Shown piece by piece: positions 17,989 to 27,067 of a stretch of DNA of 64,000 bases. The stretch is taken from positions 32,001 to 96,000 of IMG/VR virus record IMGVR_UViG_3300034095_001474. One strand, 5' to 3'. Position numbers and translations under genes: made by a program. Each line of letters opens with the position of its first letter. The first letter of the stretch is position 1. The notes under the pieces were generated by a model. That model was given only the letters and a program-made list of their open reading frames with translations, had not been told where the DNA came from and did no database searches. This DNA is from a virus (Duplodnaviria; Caudoviricetes).

Positions 17989-18167
17989 GGTAAAAAAGTT
18001 ATACAAAAAACAATACACGAAATAAAAACATAAAATGCTGACATCCCCAATGCGAGTGTCCAAAGTTTCATATCTTCATCAAAGATATTATAGTTACCAT
18101 AAAGGTTTTTAAATCTTCTGAATCCGAAGAATGTGTATAGTACACATATAAAAAATAATGTTATCAT
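17985..18167 (-). CDS. small membrane protein
   Basis: two TM segments. Confidence 0.6.
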   Translation of the reverse strand: MITLFFICVLYTFFGFRRFKNLYGNYNIFDEDMKLWTLALGMSAFYVFISCIVFCITFLP

Positions 18168-18394
18168 AGTTTTCCGTTTAATAATAATTGTTCAAATTCC
18201 CAAGGTGTATATTTCTCATGTAGTTCAATAAAAGTTTTAAACTTCATATTTCCATGCAGTGTATCTTTCACATCATCATATTCTGATAGTTCTTCTTCCA
18301 GATTATTTACTTGTGATTCCAAGTAATCTATTTCGCTATCTGAATCAGATGTATCATATTCACCACCCAATCGTTCAAGTGTTTCTTTTTTCAT
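18164..18394 (-). CDS. hypothetical protein
   Basis: coupled ORF. Confidence 0.65.
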   Translation of the reverse strand: MKKETLERLGGEYDTSDSDSEIDYLESQVNNLEEELSEYDDVKDTLHGNMKFKTFIELHEKYTPWEFEQLLLNGKL

Positions 18395-18623
18395 TTTTAT
18401 TTATTTTAAATTTGTTATTGTAATAATTTAAAGCTGTATCATGACTGCATTTACCATTTTTCCAAGTTTGTTTTGTAAACTCATCTTGTATAGTAAACTT
18501 AATAGCATTCATTAATTGCTGCTTTTCCATTTCTTTGGCTTTAGCAAATGCTAAACTTATTATTCCTTCTGACTTTTGGCTGCCATTATTCATAAATTCT
18601 TCTAACCACTCTACTGCTGTCAT
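18375..18623 (-). CDS. hypothetical protein (MTAVEWL family)
   Basis: common phage motif AKEMEKQQ. Confidence 0.7.
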   Translation of the reverse strand: MTAVEWLEEFMNNGSQKSEGIISLAFAKAKEMEKQQLMNAIKFTIQDEFTKQTWKNGKCSHDTALNYYNNKFKINKNEKRNT

Positions 18624-18624
18624 C

Positions 18625-18999
18625 TTATTTATTTTTAACTATTTCTATTAGTTTATCTATACATTTTGCTTCTAATTCTTCAACAGTTTTACAATTATCT
18701 AAACTTGCAAGTGAACTATATCTACCTAATTGATGTATGCTACCTTGATAGTCATACTCTCTCATTTCATCATAATAATCTGGTCTAAACCATAAATCAT
18801 ACTTATCTCTAAACCACTTAAAGACTTGCTGTTTGAGTGGTGCATAAATTTCAGATTCATTTATATTTTCGCACCATACATTACTCCAATTAATACTTAA
18901 TAATAATCTATTTGATGTATATTTAGCAAAACAAGCTTCATCAAACCCTAATTCTTTAAGAGCTAAGGCTTGTTCATATGTTGTAAATAATTCTTCCAT
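18625..18999 (-). CDS. hypothetical protein
   Basis: TYEQALALKELGFDE..APL.QQVFKWFR phage family. Confidence 0.75.
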   Translation of the reverse strand: MEELFTTYEQALALKELGFDEACFAKYTSNRLLLSINWSNVWCENINESEIYAPLKQQVFKWFRDKYDLWFRPDYYDEMREYDYQGSIHQLGRYSSLASLDNCKTVEELEAKCIDKLIEIVKNK

Positions 19000-19000
19000 A

Positions 19001-19576
19001 TTATAATTTATTTAGTATAATACAATCATTGTCATCTTTTAAAGGATAAACTGGAGTGCATATGATACATTGAGCCATTGTTAACTTATCACATCGACCA
19101 GCACTGCTATAACAATCTTTATCATAAAGCACCTCAACATCAATTTCTGATTTGATATGTAACCATTTCTCAAATAGTTGTTCTTCGTCCATAGTGAACA
19201 AACCTTGATGTTCACCATTTTTTGACCATACAGAGACTCTTTGAGCTGGAGTTAATTTATTCATCCAAGTAGCAAATTCAATCATGTCAGTGACTTTAAA
19301 CTTATATGCTTCAGCTACATGACATGCAGTAAAACCATCAATAAAAGATTGTTTCGCAACTTTATGGTTTGATAGTCCTTTACCTTGTGCGTATAGCCAT
19401 GCATATTCACTTCCCAATTCATTTATATCTGTAAAATCAAATATTTCATTGCAGTTATTTCTACAAAGTTTATGTTTCTTTGGTGATGCTTTTATTATTG
19501 ATTCATCAGTTGTTGCTATTAGATTTCTAGATGAATCTATCAGCATGTATTCGTTATTGTCTTTAAGTAGTTTCAT
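19001..19576 (-). CDS. hypothetical protein
   Basis: 191-aa ORF. Confidence 0.75.
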   Translation of the reverse strand: MKLLKDNNEYMLIDSSRNLIATTDESIIKASPKKHKLCRNNCNEIFDFTDINELGSEYAWLYAQGKGLSNHKVAKQSFIDGFTACHVAEAYKFKVTDMIEFATWMNKLTPAQRVSVWSKNGEHQGLFTMDEEQLFEKWLHIKSEIDVEVLYDKDCYSSAGRCDKLTMAQCIICTPVYPLKDDNDCIILNKL

Positions 19577-19577
19577 A

Positions 19578-19802
19578 TTATCTCCAGATATTTCTAATGG
19601 TTTCCATTATAGCCACTGTAATGACTACTATAATAACTAAACCAAATGTTATTGCACCAATTGGTGGTATAAGACATATTCGATAAAATGTTGTGTTATC
19701 AAAGATAGTTTCACTTAACATCTCTGTTAGTTCTTTAGTTGTAAAGATATTGACTATCGTTACCAACGATACTGCAAAAATTATTATTCCCATAGTTCCC
19801 AT
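19578..19802 (-). CDS. small membrane protein
   Basis: two TM segments, LIPP motif like 2522-2743. Confidence 0.65.
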   Translation of the reverse strand: MGTMGIIIFAVSLVTIVNIFTTKELTEMLSETIFDNTTFYRICLIPPIGAITFGLVIIVVITVAIMETIRNIWR

Positions 19803-19859
19803 AATTTATAATTGTTTTAACAAAGGTACATAATCTTTTTCGATATTCCTAATATAAAA

Positions 19860-20243
19860 CTATTTTTTATTAGGAATTTTTGCAACACCATGTGTAATGT
19901 TCAGAGTAATGATTTGTTTTGGTACACTTGTTGCTTGATTGATAACCAAATGTTGGAATCTCTCGTAAAATTTCACATCAGCAGCTTCAAACGTATGGAT
20001 ATAGTATCCATGTTCTTGCAATCTAATGATATCAACCAATGGAAACCACTGATAAAGTGTTTCAAGACTATCTGTTGCTGACAACCACCCAACAATTTCA
20101 TCATCAAAGTCCATTTCCAACTTGTTGTGTGTACAAAAATCAAATTCATTATGGATATATCCAGTGAAAAGTCCTTTATAGTCATACCATAAACCTTGTA
20201 GTGTATCTTTGTGACACACTCTATAAAATAATTTCTTCTCCAT
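19860..20243 (-). CDS. hypothetical protein
   Basis: start at MEKKLF. Confidence 0.75.
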   Translation of the reverse strand: MEKKLFYRVCHKDTLQGLWYDYKGLFTGYIHNEFDFCTHNKLEMDFDDEIVGWLSATDSLETLYQWFPLVDIIRLQEHGYYIHTFEAADVKFYERFQHLVINQATSVPKQIITLNITHGVAKIPNKK

Positions 20244-20248
20244 AGTTT

Positions 20249-20431
20249 TTAAGATTGCAAGATACATTCAACACCCAGAGGTTTTAATTTTTCTAGGATA
20301 ACATAGTTTTTTTCTTCTGCTTCCTTCATTTGACCATAACTATCGATGTATCTATAATAGACATCATACCCTCTAGCCAAGTCTTTAATTTCTTGGGTTA
20401 CTTCGAACCCTTCTTTCATTACAATTTCCAT
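20249..20431 (-). CDS. hypothetical protein
   Basis: ORF in operon. Confidence 0.6.
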   Translation of the reverse strand: MEIVMKEGFEVTQEIKDLARGYDVYYRYIDSYGQMKEAEEKNYVILEKLKPLGVECILQS

Positions 20432-20436
20432 AATTT

Positions 20437-20670
20437 CTATTTTCTTATTATTACTGTATCACCTACTTTCAACCCTTGATTTGTTTTGGTTATTGATTTA
20501 CCACAATCTGTATATATAATAAATTTCTTTTCAATATCGATTGATGATTGTTCAAGTTGTTCTATATTATGTATCACACATTTATGATATACATTGCCGA
20601 CATCATTTGATTTATTGTTACAAGATACAAGTAACACACAAACAAACATAATTTTCAAAAATCTTTCCAT
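20437..20670 (-). CDS. putative lipoprotein
   Basis: LLVSC lipobox. Confidence 0.65.
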   Translation of the reverse strand: MERFLKIMFVCVLLVSCNNKSNDVGNVYHKCVIHNIEQLEQSSIDIEKKFIIYTDCGKSITKTNQGLKVGDTVIIRK

Positions 20671-20671
20671 A

Positions 20672-20872
20672 TTATAATTTTTCTATTTTTACACTTATTG
20701 TTATTTTTACTTTTTCATCAATGTAATCTCTCAACATTCCGTCAACGAAATCTATTGGTGATGATAAACTAACAGAATTGTCATCTATCCTTGTCTCAAT
20801 AACAAAATTATCTTTTGCCTCATATACTCTACCAATATAATTATTTTCTTTAAAACTATTTACAATACCCAT
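20672..20872 (-). CDS. hypothetical protein
   Basis: ORF, promoter upstream. Confidence 0.65.
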   Translation of the reverse strand: MGIVNSFKENNYIGRVYEAKDNFVIETRIDDNSVSLSSPIDFVDGMLRDYIDEKVKITISVKIEKL

Positions 20873-20930
20873 TTTGTTTAAATTTACTTATCTTTAACAA
20901 AGGTACATAATCTTTTTCAATCCACCAAAT

Positions 20931-21371
20931 TTAATCCCATAATTTTTCACCTATGTTAGGTTCATCGGTATCTAAAAAGTAGTCCAAGTCTATTCCTATC
21001 ATTTCAATTTGGTCAACGGTAATCATAGTAAGCATATTGAATGCTACTTGTTCGTTGCTATCTCCATTGTCGATTGACTCTTGTATTCTTTTGATGAAAT
21101 GGTTCTTTACTGATTTATCACCATGACCTTTAAATTCACCCAAATAAGCTACGATAGTTAATAACATATCTTGAACGTCTGGAAATGATTCAACCATTTT
21201 TTCAACCATCCATTTTTTACATTCAACACGTTCTATATCGAATTGTTTACACCATTTTATATAATGCTGCCACTCACGTGATTCAATCCAACGATTGAAT
21301 ATAAATGTTAGTTCATCAAATCTTTCTTCTGAAAGTTTTTTGTAAGGTTTAAAAAGTGTGAGAAATATCAT
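20931..21371 (-). CDS. hypothetical protein
   Basis: start uncertain. Confidence 0.65.
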   Translation of the reverse strand: MIFLTLFKPYKKLSEERFDELTFIFNRWIESREWQHYIKWCKQFDIERVECKKWMVEKMVESFPDVQDMLLTIVAYLGEFKGHGDKSVKNHFIKRIQESIDNGDSNEQVAFNMLTMITVDQIEMIGIDLDYFLDTDEPNIGEKLWD

Positions 21372-21372
21372 A

Positions 21373-21783
21373 TCAAGTAATTTTACGTTCAATAATAGGT
21401 TTTTCATTAATACCACCACAAATAGTCCACGTCAAACGATACATTATTCCGTCAACATCAAAGTCAGAATGGTGACAATGCAAACTATTTCCATAATCTA
21501 TTGGTTCAAGTTCTTGTGTTTTATATAAAACGGTAGAATATTCTTCAGTGTCCCAATCAATTTGTTTCCAATGTCCTTTGGTTATTAAATGTGGAAATAC
21601 ACATTCAACCATTTCGTTCATAACATTGTTAAGTTCGTGGCTATCATCCCATTCGTCTATGGCTTTTATTCTTTCATCAATATCTTTAGTTATAAATTTA
21701 AGATTAAAAGCTATACCCTCACCATTCTCGGCAGATTGTATTTCAGATTTGATGTATTTGAGGAATTCTAGTTCTGTTTTCAT
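21373..21783 (-). CDS. hypothetical protein
   Basis: 136-aa ORF. Confidence 0.7.
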   Translation of the reverse strand: MKTELEFLKYIKSEIQSAENGEGIAFNLKFITKDIDERIKAIDEWDDSHELNNVMNEMVECVFPHLITKGHWKQIDWDTEEYSTVLYKTQELEPIDYGNSLHCHHSDFDVDGIMYRLTWTICGGINEKPIIERKIT

Positions 21784-22031
21784 TTTAATCTATTTTTACG
21801 TAATTCATCTAATAATGTATCAGCACAATTAACTGCGTTTCTTACTGATGAAGCATATGAATCACCTTTGGCTATATATGCTGAACACAAGTGCATTGCT
21901 ATTGTTTCTCGTTTGGTTAACCCATCTCTATAATAAGCACTATTTGCTAATGGGTTGGCTGGTTCGTTGCCATTTTGAATAGATTGTTCTCTATTCATTT
22001 TTTCTAAATGTTCATCTAATTTCTCTTCCAT
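21780..22031 (-). CDS. hypothetical protein (GLTKRE family)
   Basis: GLTKRE.IA..A..L phage motif. Confidence 0.7.
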   Translation of the reverse strand: MEEKLDEHLEKMNREQSIQNGNEPANPLANSAYYRDGLTKRETIAMHLCSAYIAKGDSYASSVRNAVNCADTLLDELRKNRLK

Positions 22032-22079
22032 AATTAAAGTTTTTTACAAATATACGTATAATATTTCAATCTACAAAAT

Positions 22080-22415
22080 TTATATGTAAATTTGTGATGT
22101 TTTTTCACAATCTTTTAAAAACCCAATATATTTTTGTGTGTCTTCTATGGTGTCGAAATTAATTTGTGCAACACCACTTTTCATTCTTTTATAAATTTTT
22201 GGACTATCATTTCCATATCTATACCAAGAATATTCCAACATACGATATTCACCATTGGCTAATTTAATTAGATATGCTTTGTATGTGTCTTTGATTATAT
22301 TCAGAACATAACCCAAACATTCAGCACCATCTATTTCGTTTATTGATACTCTGGCAAATTGTTTTATATATGCTGACGATAATTTCTTTTTGGTTGTTAC
22401 GATTTCGATTTCCAT
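22080..22415 (-). CDS. hypothetical protein
   Basis: ORF. Confidence 0.7.
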   Translation of the reverse strand: MEIEIVTTKKKLSSAYIKQFARVSINEIDGAECLGYVLNIIKDTYKAYLIKLANGEYRMLEYSWYRYGNDSPKIYKRMKSGVAQINFDTIEDTQKYIGFLKDCEKTSQIYI

Positions 22416-22417
22416 AA

Positions 22418-22588
22418 CTATTGAGTCTTTTCAGTAAATGTTCTTTCTGATTGGTCAACTTTAAGTGCTTGTAACTTTTTCATGATGTCATCGTTAGCAC
22501 TTTGTGGTAATCCTTTACCAGTTACAAATATTGTTTCGATTTCATCGATAATTTGTAATTTTTCTTCGATACTTAATAATCTGTTCAT
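22418..22588 (-). CDS. hypothetical protein
   Basis: start at MNRLLS. Confidence 0.6.
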   Translation of the reverse strand: MNRLLSIEEKLQIIDEIETIFVTGKGLPQSANDDIMKKLQALKVDQSERTFTEKTQ

Positions 22589-22631
22589 AACCTTAATATT
22601 TAATTGTTTTAACAAAGGTAAGTATTCTTTT

Positions 22632-22856
22632 TCAATCTACCAAACTTTTATTAATAAAATTCATAAAAGAACTAAAGTTTTTTCTGATAAACATAACTCT
22701 ATCACTAAAAGACCCAGTATATTCCTTGGATTTGGTATAGTCATAGACAAACTTCTTGGTCAAAACCATGGATTTATTATAAGTTATTCCTTTTTTGTCT
22801 ATTAGGTAGTTGATTATGTGACCATACGTACCATTCCATTCACCACACCTACTCAT
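22632..22856 (-). CDS. hypothetical protein
   Basis: ORF. Confidence 0.65.
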   Translation of the reverse strand: MSRCGEWNGTYGHIINYLIDKKGITYNKSMVLTKKFVYDYTKSKEYTGSFSDRVMFIRKNFSSFMNFINKSLVD

Positions 22857-23209
22857 TTTAATAGTTTCAACCCTTCGAATAAACCTAACTCAATTGATTT
22901 TTCATATGTTTTAACACCAGTTTTAACATACTCCATTTTATCAGCAGTATGCAACACTGCTGCATATGTTTTATCACCATCATAAGTTGTTGGAATAGCA
23001 TATACATCGATACCTTTTTTCCTTAACCATGCTTGTAATTCAGATTGAGTACATTGTTGGAATGTTTTCTCATTTTTGGATATACCACCATCAACATTGG
23101 TACTATACCATGCACCATATTCTTTTGAATAGTATGTCCATCTGTTGCTACCATCACGATATCCTAACTCTTTTGCTAACATACCAACTTTCATTGTTAT
23201 TTTCTTCAT
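22853..23209 (-). CDS. hypothetical protein
   Basis: AKELG..TQSELQAWLR..TYE..E.GL family. Confidence 0.7.
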   Translation of the reverse strand: MKKITMKVGMLAKELGYRDGSNRWTYYSKEYGAWYSTNVDGGISKNEKTFQQCTQSELQAWLRKKGIDVYAIPTTYDGDKTYAAVLHTADKMEYVKTGVKTYEKSIELGLFEGLKLLK

Positions 23210-23231
23210 AGTATTTTAAATTAATGTGTTT

Positions 23232-23573
23232 TTATCTTTCCTCTATTGCCATTAAATCTTTATAATTTGCTCTACCTAAAATAGTGATTTTATTATCTTC
23301 AACTTGTTTAATAATTGTTACTTTTCTATTTATCACCATATTTTTATCAACAAAATATTCACGATAATAACCATAAAACCCACTGTTATAAACTTTTATA
23401 ATTTTACCCTTATATATTATTGTACCTACAACAGTAGTCTCTTTTTCACTATAATCAATTTTAATTATAGTAACATTAGTGTTGATTATTTCTACAACAG
23501 ATTCTTTAAATGATTGTGAGTAACAACCAAAAGATAAAAAGATAAACGATAATACTATTAAGATATTTTTCAT
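23232..23573 (-). CDS. secreted hypothetical protein
   Basis: signal-peptide-like N-terminus. Confidence 0.65.
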   Translation of the reverse strand: MKNILIVLSFIFLSFGCYSQSFKESVVEIINTNVTIIKIDYSEKETTVVGTIIYKGKIIKVYNSGFYGYYREYFVDKNMVINRKVTIIKQVEDNKITILGRANYKDLMAIEER

Positions 23574-23614
23574 ATTACAAATGTACAAATAATAATTCAA
23601 TCTACCAAATAAAA

Positions 23615-23965
23615 CTATAGAAATTTATCAAAAATCATAACTCGTGCACCATTTTCTTCTGGTCCAAATACCATTTTATGTATTTGTGGTGGGTTTCCTT
23701 CCCTTCTATGTAGAATTGTCATGTTATCTTTTGAATAAGAGTATGTTTTCCATCTAATATTACCAACTTTATCACGATTATAAGTTCGTTTTATACGATT
23801 CTTTTTATCATATTCAAATTTAGTAATCTCACCATCAATATTTTCATAAAGAATACGATTACCTTGCTCATTAAATTCTTCATAACACACCAAAACACCT
23901 TCATTATATTGTGAAGATGTTTTAATGTTATAATTTTCGTAAAATGTTGCTTCTTGTGTTATCAT
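23615..23965 (-). CDS. hypothetical protein with YD-like repeats
   Basis: EFNEQGNRI..EYDKKNRI. Confidence 0.7.
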   Translation of the reverse strand: MITQEATFYENYNIKTSSQYNEGVLVCYEEFNEQGNRILYENIDGEITKFEYDKKNRIKRTYNRDKVGNIRWKTYSYSKDNMTILHRREGNPPQIHKMVFGPEENGARVMIFDKFL

Positions 23966-23966
23966 A

Positions 23967-24272
23967 TTAATTGATTAGAGAAATCAATCCTTTGCGTTTA
24001 AACTCTCTGGCTGGAGCCATGTCTATTGGTGCGAATAACAAGAAATCGACTTTTTCTTCAGTATTGATTGGTAATCGCATAATGCTATCCAATGGATATA
24101 TTGTCTCATTTGTTGTTTCAATCACTTTTAAATCGGCTAGATATGGTTTTCTATTCAGCGACCACTCGTACTCAATCATTTTAATTTTCAATATGAATGT
24201 TTCATTCTCATCAATAATTTGAATATTGTGTTCGTCATTGAATTTGTAATCTTCCCAATTTATCATAATCAT
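23967..24272 (-). CDS. hypothetical protein
   Basis: ORF in operon. Confidence 0.65.
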   Translation of the reverse strand: MIMINWEDYKFNDEHNIQIIDENETFILKIKMIEYEWSLNRKPYLADLKVIETTNETIYPLDSIMRLPINTEEKVDFLLFAPIDMAPAREFKRKGLISLIN

Positions 24273-24589
24273 TATTCGTTACCAATTTGCCATTTGACAA
24301 TCTTTGGATTGACATATTTAGGCATGTTATTTTTGATAAGGTTTATGATATCTTCGTTGGCTGAATCTGATATTGTCATATCCAATACTTCAACTTCTAC
24401 CAATTGGTCGTACACTTCAATTATCCTTACCTTTATAAATATGTTATGTTTTATAATATCGGATGCTTCGTTGTAAGTATAGAAAGCCAATTTGTCTTGA
24501 TATACTCCTAATTGTCCTTTATACAATGTAATTTTTTTCTTAAAAAAACTTCCAATAGAAAATTTTAATCCTTCTTCTTTTTTTTCCAT
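24272..24589 (-). CDS. hypothetical protein
   Basis: ORF in operon. Confidence 0.7.
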   Translation of the reverse strand: MEKKEEGLKFSIGSFFKKKITLYKGQLGVYQDKLAFYTYNEASDIIKHNIFIKVRIIEVYDQLVEVEVLDMTISDSANEDIINLIKNNMPKYVNPKIVKWQIGNE

Positions 24590-24592
24590 ATT

Positions 24593-24865
24593 TTATTTGT
24601 AGTCTAAATCGTGTGAATCATATGTGTTATCATCGTAATCATCTTTGTGTCTGGTTTTAAAACTATCTTCATTCATTGCTTTATGATTAGCCAATTCAAT
24701 AGATAATCTTTTAACTTCATCGTTAGCAATTTTCAAGTCATCTCTCTTTTCTTCAAACAACTCAAAAGATTTTTCAATAAGAGTTTTCTCGTTATCAGTC
24801 AAATCTTCAAGTGATACTGAAATTGATGTTATCAGTAGTTTCGTGTATTCTTTCTTTAAGTCCAT
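24593..24865 (-). CDS. hypothetical protein
   Basis: ORF in operon. Confidence 0.7.
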   Translation of the reverse strand: MDLKKEYTKLLITSISVSLEDLTDNEKTLIEKSFELFEEKRDDLKIANDEVKRLSIELANHKAMNEDSFKTRHKDDYDDNTYDSHDLDYK

Positions 24866-25146
24866 AATCCACCTCTTATTGTTATTAATTTAACCAATTG
24901 GATTGTATCTTTTTCGTATTGCTCATCATCCAAAGAATCTTCTTTTTTTGAACGAATTTCCCACCAATCGTATAATTCTTTTGCTGTTTTACCACTGCCA
25001 GATTGTGCGTAACTATCTGAATGATTGAATAGGTCTTCCTTTTCAACACAATCTTTTAGAATCTGGAATGATGCGTGTAACAAAACAATATCAGCATCGC
25101 ACCATTGTTTTCTTTTTAGTGTTTTAATTTTTAATTTTATAGCCAT
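24856..25146 (-). CDS. hypothetical protein
   Basis: W.D.D..LLHA.FQIL..VEKE..ELY.WW family. Confidence 0.7.
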   Translation of the reverse strand: MAIKLKIKTLKRKQWCDADIVLLHASFQILKDCVEKEDLFNHSDSYAQSGSGKTAKELYDWWEIRSKKEDSLDDEQYEKDTIQLVKLITIRGGLWT

Positions 25147-25152
25147 TTTATT

Positions 25153-25446
25153 TTAAATTATTTCACCTCTTATAATTTCATCTTCCCTATTCAATAAATC
25201 AACTTCGTATTGAATCCAATCTCTCACTTCTTTTTTTGTGTGTTTTTTACTTTCAATGTTTCTCCAAATAGTAAAAACTTTTTTGGGTTTAATTGTAGTT
25301 ATTTCTTTACCGAAAAGCCAATATTTTTTATGGGTTTCTGTAATAGTACCTTCATAAAACTCAGTCCATTCAGATTCACCATATTCAGATGAATGCCAGA
25401 ATAATTTATATTCTAATTTTCTATTGTTTATTGTAAGTGTCTTCAT
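25153..25446 (-). CDS. hypothetical protein
   Basis: start at MKTLTI. Confidence 0.7.
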   Translation of the reverse strand: MKTLTINNRKLEYKLFWHSSEYGESEWTEFYEGTITETHKKYWLFGKEITTIKPKKVFTIWRNIESKKHTKKEVRDWIQYEVDLLNREDEIIRGEII

Positions 25447-25447
25447 A

Positions 25448-25702
25448 TTAATAATAACCTCCATAAGTTTTGCGTTCATACCAATATTCATTCAATGTAG
25501 GTTGGTGAACCCATCCATCTTTGAAATAGTGTTTATACATGTAGTATTCAGCTTCACCCATAGAACCAAATGTTAGTTCTTTTGAACGATTATTTTCAAT
25601 TACATGTATTTTCCTCCAACCCCAGAACTTTTTGCGTTGAATGTACCATTCAATTTTGGTAACATCACTAGGGTTTTTAGATATTAATCTATATTTTTCC
25701 AT
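25448..25702 (-). CDS. hypothetical protein
   Basis: IQRKKFWGW motif. Confidence 0.7.
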   Translation of the reverse strand: MEKYRLISKNPSDVTKIEWYIQRKKFWGWRKIHVIENNRSKELTFGSMGEAEYYMYKHYFKDGWVHQPTLNEYWYERKTYGGYY

Positions 25703-25866
25703 TAGTCTATATCAAAAAAATCCATAACACTAAAAAATAATTCAACAAACACATCAACGAAAAAAAATTGCATTATGTTTTCTTTGAATGTTGGTCTACG
25801 ATTTACCAACACTCTTATTAGTCCAATACCAAATACTATTGCTAATATTATTAAGATTGTTTCCAT
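25702..25866 (-). CDS. small membrane protein
   Basis: hand-translated 54 aa. Confidence 0.55.
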   Translation of the reverse strand: METILIILAIVFGIGLIRVLVNRRPTFKENIMQFFFVDVFVELFFSVMDFFDID

Positions 25867-26021
25867 GGCATTTTATCAAATGGTTTAACATATGCTAAAA
25901 CCAAAGCTATTATAATTCTAACTGGAATAAAACCACTAAGACCAGTTAAAATCCATACAATTGCCATTCCAATTGAAAGCAATACATACCAAATTGCTGC
26001 GTTAATTAAAAATTTTTTCAT
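25851..26021 (-). CDS. small membrane protein
   Basis: hand-translated 56 aa, two TM. Confidence 0.55.
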   Translation of the reverse strand: MKKFLINAAIWYVLLSIGMAIVWILTGLSGFIPVRIIIALVLAYVKPFDKMPWKQS

Positions 26022-26044
26022 CTTTTTTATTTTTATTTATTTTT

Positions 26045-26149
26045 GTAGTTAAAACTGGATTCGAACCAGTGATAATATCCATCAGCACATTGATTAAAGC
26101 AGACACTATATCAATGTTTCGGGGCGTGTTCCTCTCGCCTTTTAACTAT
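26045..26149 (-). ncRNA. tRNA-like RNA A with extended, non-canonical anticodon arm
   Basis: acceptor AGTTAAA/TTTAACT, D-arm GCG-AGAGGAACA-CGC, T-arm ACTGG-TTCGAAT-CCAGT; anticodon arm replaced by ACATTGAT/ATCAATGT stem with 15-nt loop. Confidence 0.7.
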
Positions 26150-26271
26150 AATGGTAAAGATTTGACATTGGTACTTTACCTTACAAGAGTTTCTTAACTT
26201 GCACCACCATTCATCAGTATTCCACTACCGCAATGATTGTTGCTCTACTATTGGAAGTCAAACAACTGGTG

Positions 26272-26370
26272 TGATAATGGTAGGAATCGAACCTACTCTT
26301 AGAATCTCGACTACGGGTGTTATCGCCACCCATAGTCACTGTTTCTCGTGCTTCCAAACACTGCATTACC
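26272..26370 (-). ncRNA. tRNA-like RNA B with extended anticodon arm
   Basis: acceptor GGTAATG/CATTATC, D-arm GTGT-TTGGAA-GCAC, T-arm GTAGG-TTCGATT-CCTAC; AGAA/TTCT stem, internal loop, 11-bp stem capped by GCGATAA. Confidence 0.75.
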
Positions 26371-26491
26371 ATTTGGCTAGTTATCCCTCCCACTAGCCGT
26401 GGCTCACCTAAATCAAAACCTTTGAAATGAGGTTTTTGATATTCTTATGTAAAGGTACATAATCTTTTTTGATTATGCAAGAACTTTATGA

Positions 26492-26764
26492 TTATTTTTT
26501 TAAAATTTGTTCAACATCATTCACAAACTTAGCAATCATCATTTGCAACGCAATATTTTGTTCAATTGATAACTGAGTGTCTTCTTTTTCAGACATTGCT
26601 CTATTGTTTACTCTTTGTAATGCATTCTTTACAGTCAATGTCGCTAACTGAGTTCTCTCGTTTTCAGAGATACCACCTTTAAATTGTGCCATAGACAAAA
26701 TGTAAGTTTTGTTAGGTCTTTTTTTACTAGATGTTTTTACTGGTGTTGCGTTTTTAGTTTCCAT
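26492..26764 (-). CDS. hypothetical protein
   Basis: start at METKNA. Confidence 0.7.
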   Translation of the reverse strand: METKNATPVKTSSKKRPNKTYILSMAQFKGGISENERTQLATLTVKNALQRVNNRAMSEKEDTQLSIEQNIALQMMIAKFVNDVEQILKK

Positions 26765-26840
26765 AACATTTATTGTTTTAAGTTTATAATACAAATGTAA
26801 CCATTCTTTTTTAATCTACCAAATTTTTTTGCAATTATTT

Positions 26841-27056
26841 TTAAAATTTTTCGTGATTTTTACAATTTCCCTTGTGTGTCAACGAGTAAACAGCTGTATT
26901 ACCATTACCTCTTCTATATTCTAGATACTCACAACCATCAATAACTACGATTGAGAAACTACCAATCTCACCAACTACATTTGAGCCTTCAATTGGTGTC
27001 TGAACACATGAAACCATGGCAATCGATAAACCTACAAATAATAATACTTTTTTCAT
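26841..27056 (-). CDS. putative lipoprotein (IDGCEY family)
   Basis: MVSC lipobox; IDGCEY..LTHKGNCKN. Confidence 0.75.
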   Translation of the reverse strand: MKKVLLFVGLSIAMVSCVQTPIEGSNVVGEIGSFSIVVIDGCEYLEYRRGNGNTAVYSLTHKGNCKNHEKF

Positions 27057-27067
27057 AATTTCCTTTT

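Noticed and set aside
26170-26222. CTGATGA...GAAAC on the minus strand as a hammerhead ribozyme
   Set aside because: Stems I and II do not pair as required, and stem III is only 2-3 bp.
26045-26370. The tRNA-like locus as a tmRNA or as ordinary tRNAs (e.g. Ile-GAT)
   Set aside because: There are two separate acceptor/T-arm units, no G3-U70, no tag ORF, and no canonical 5-bp/7-nt anticodon arm with U33.
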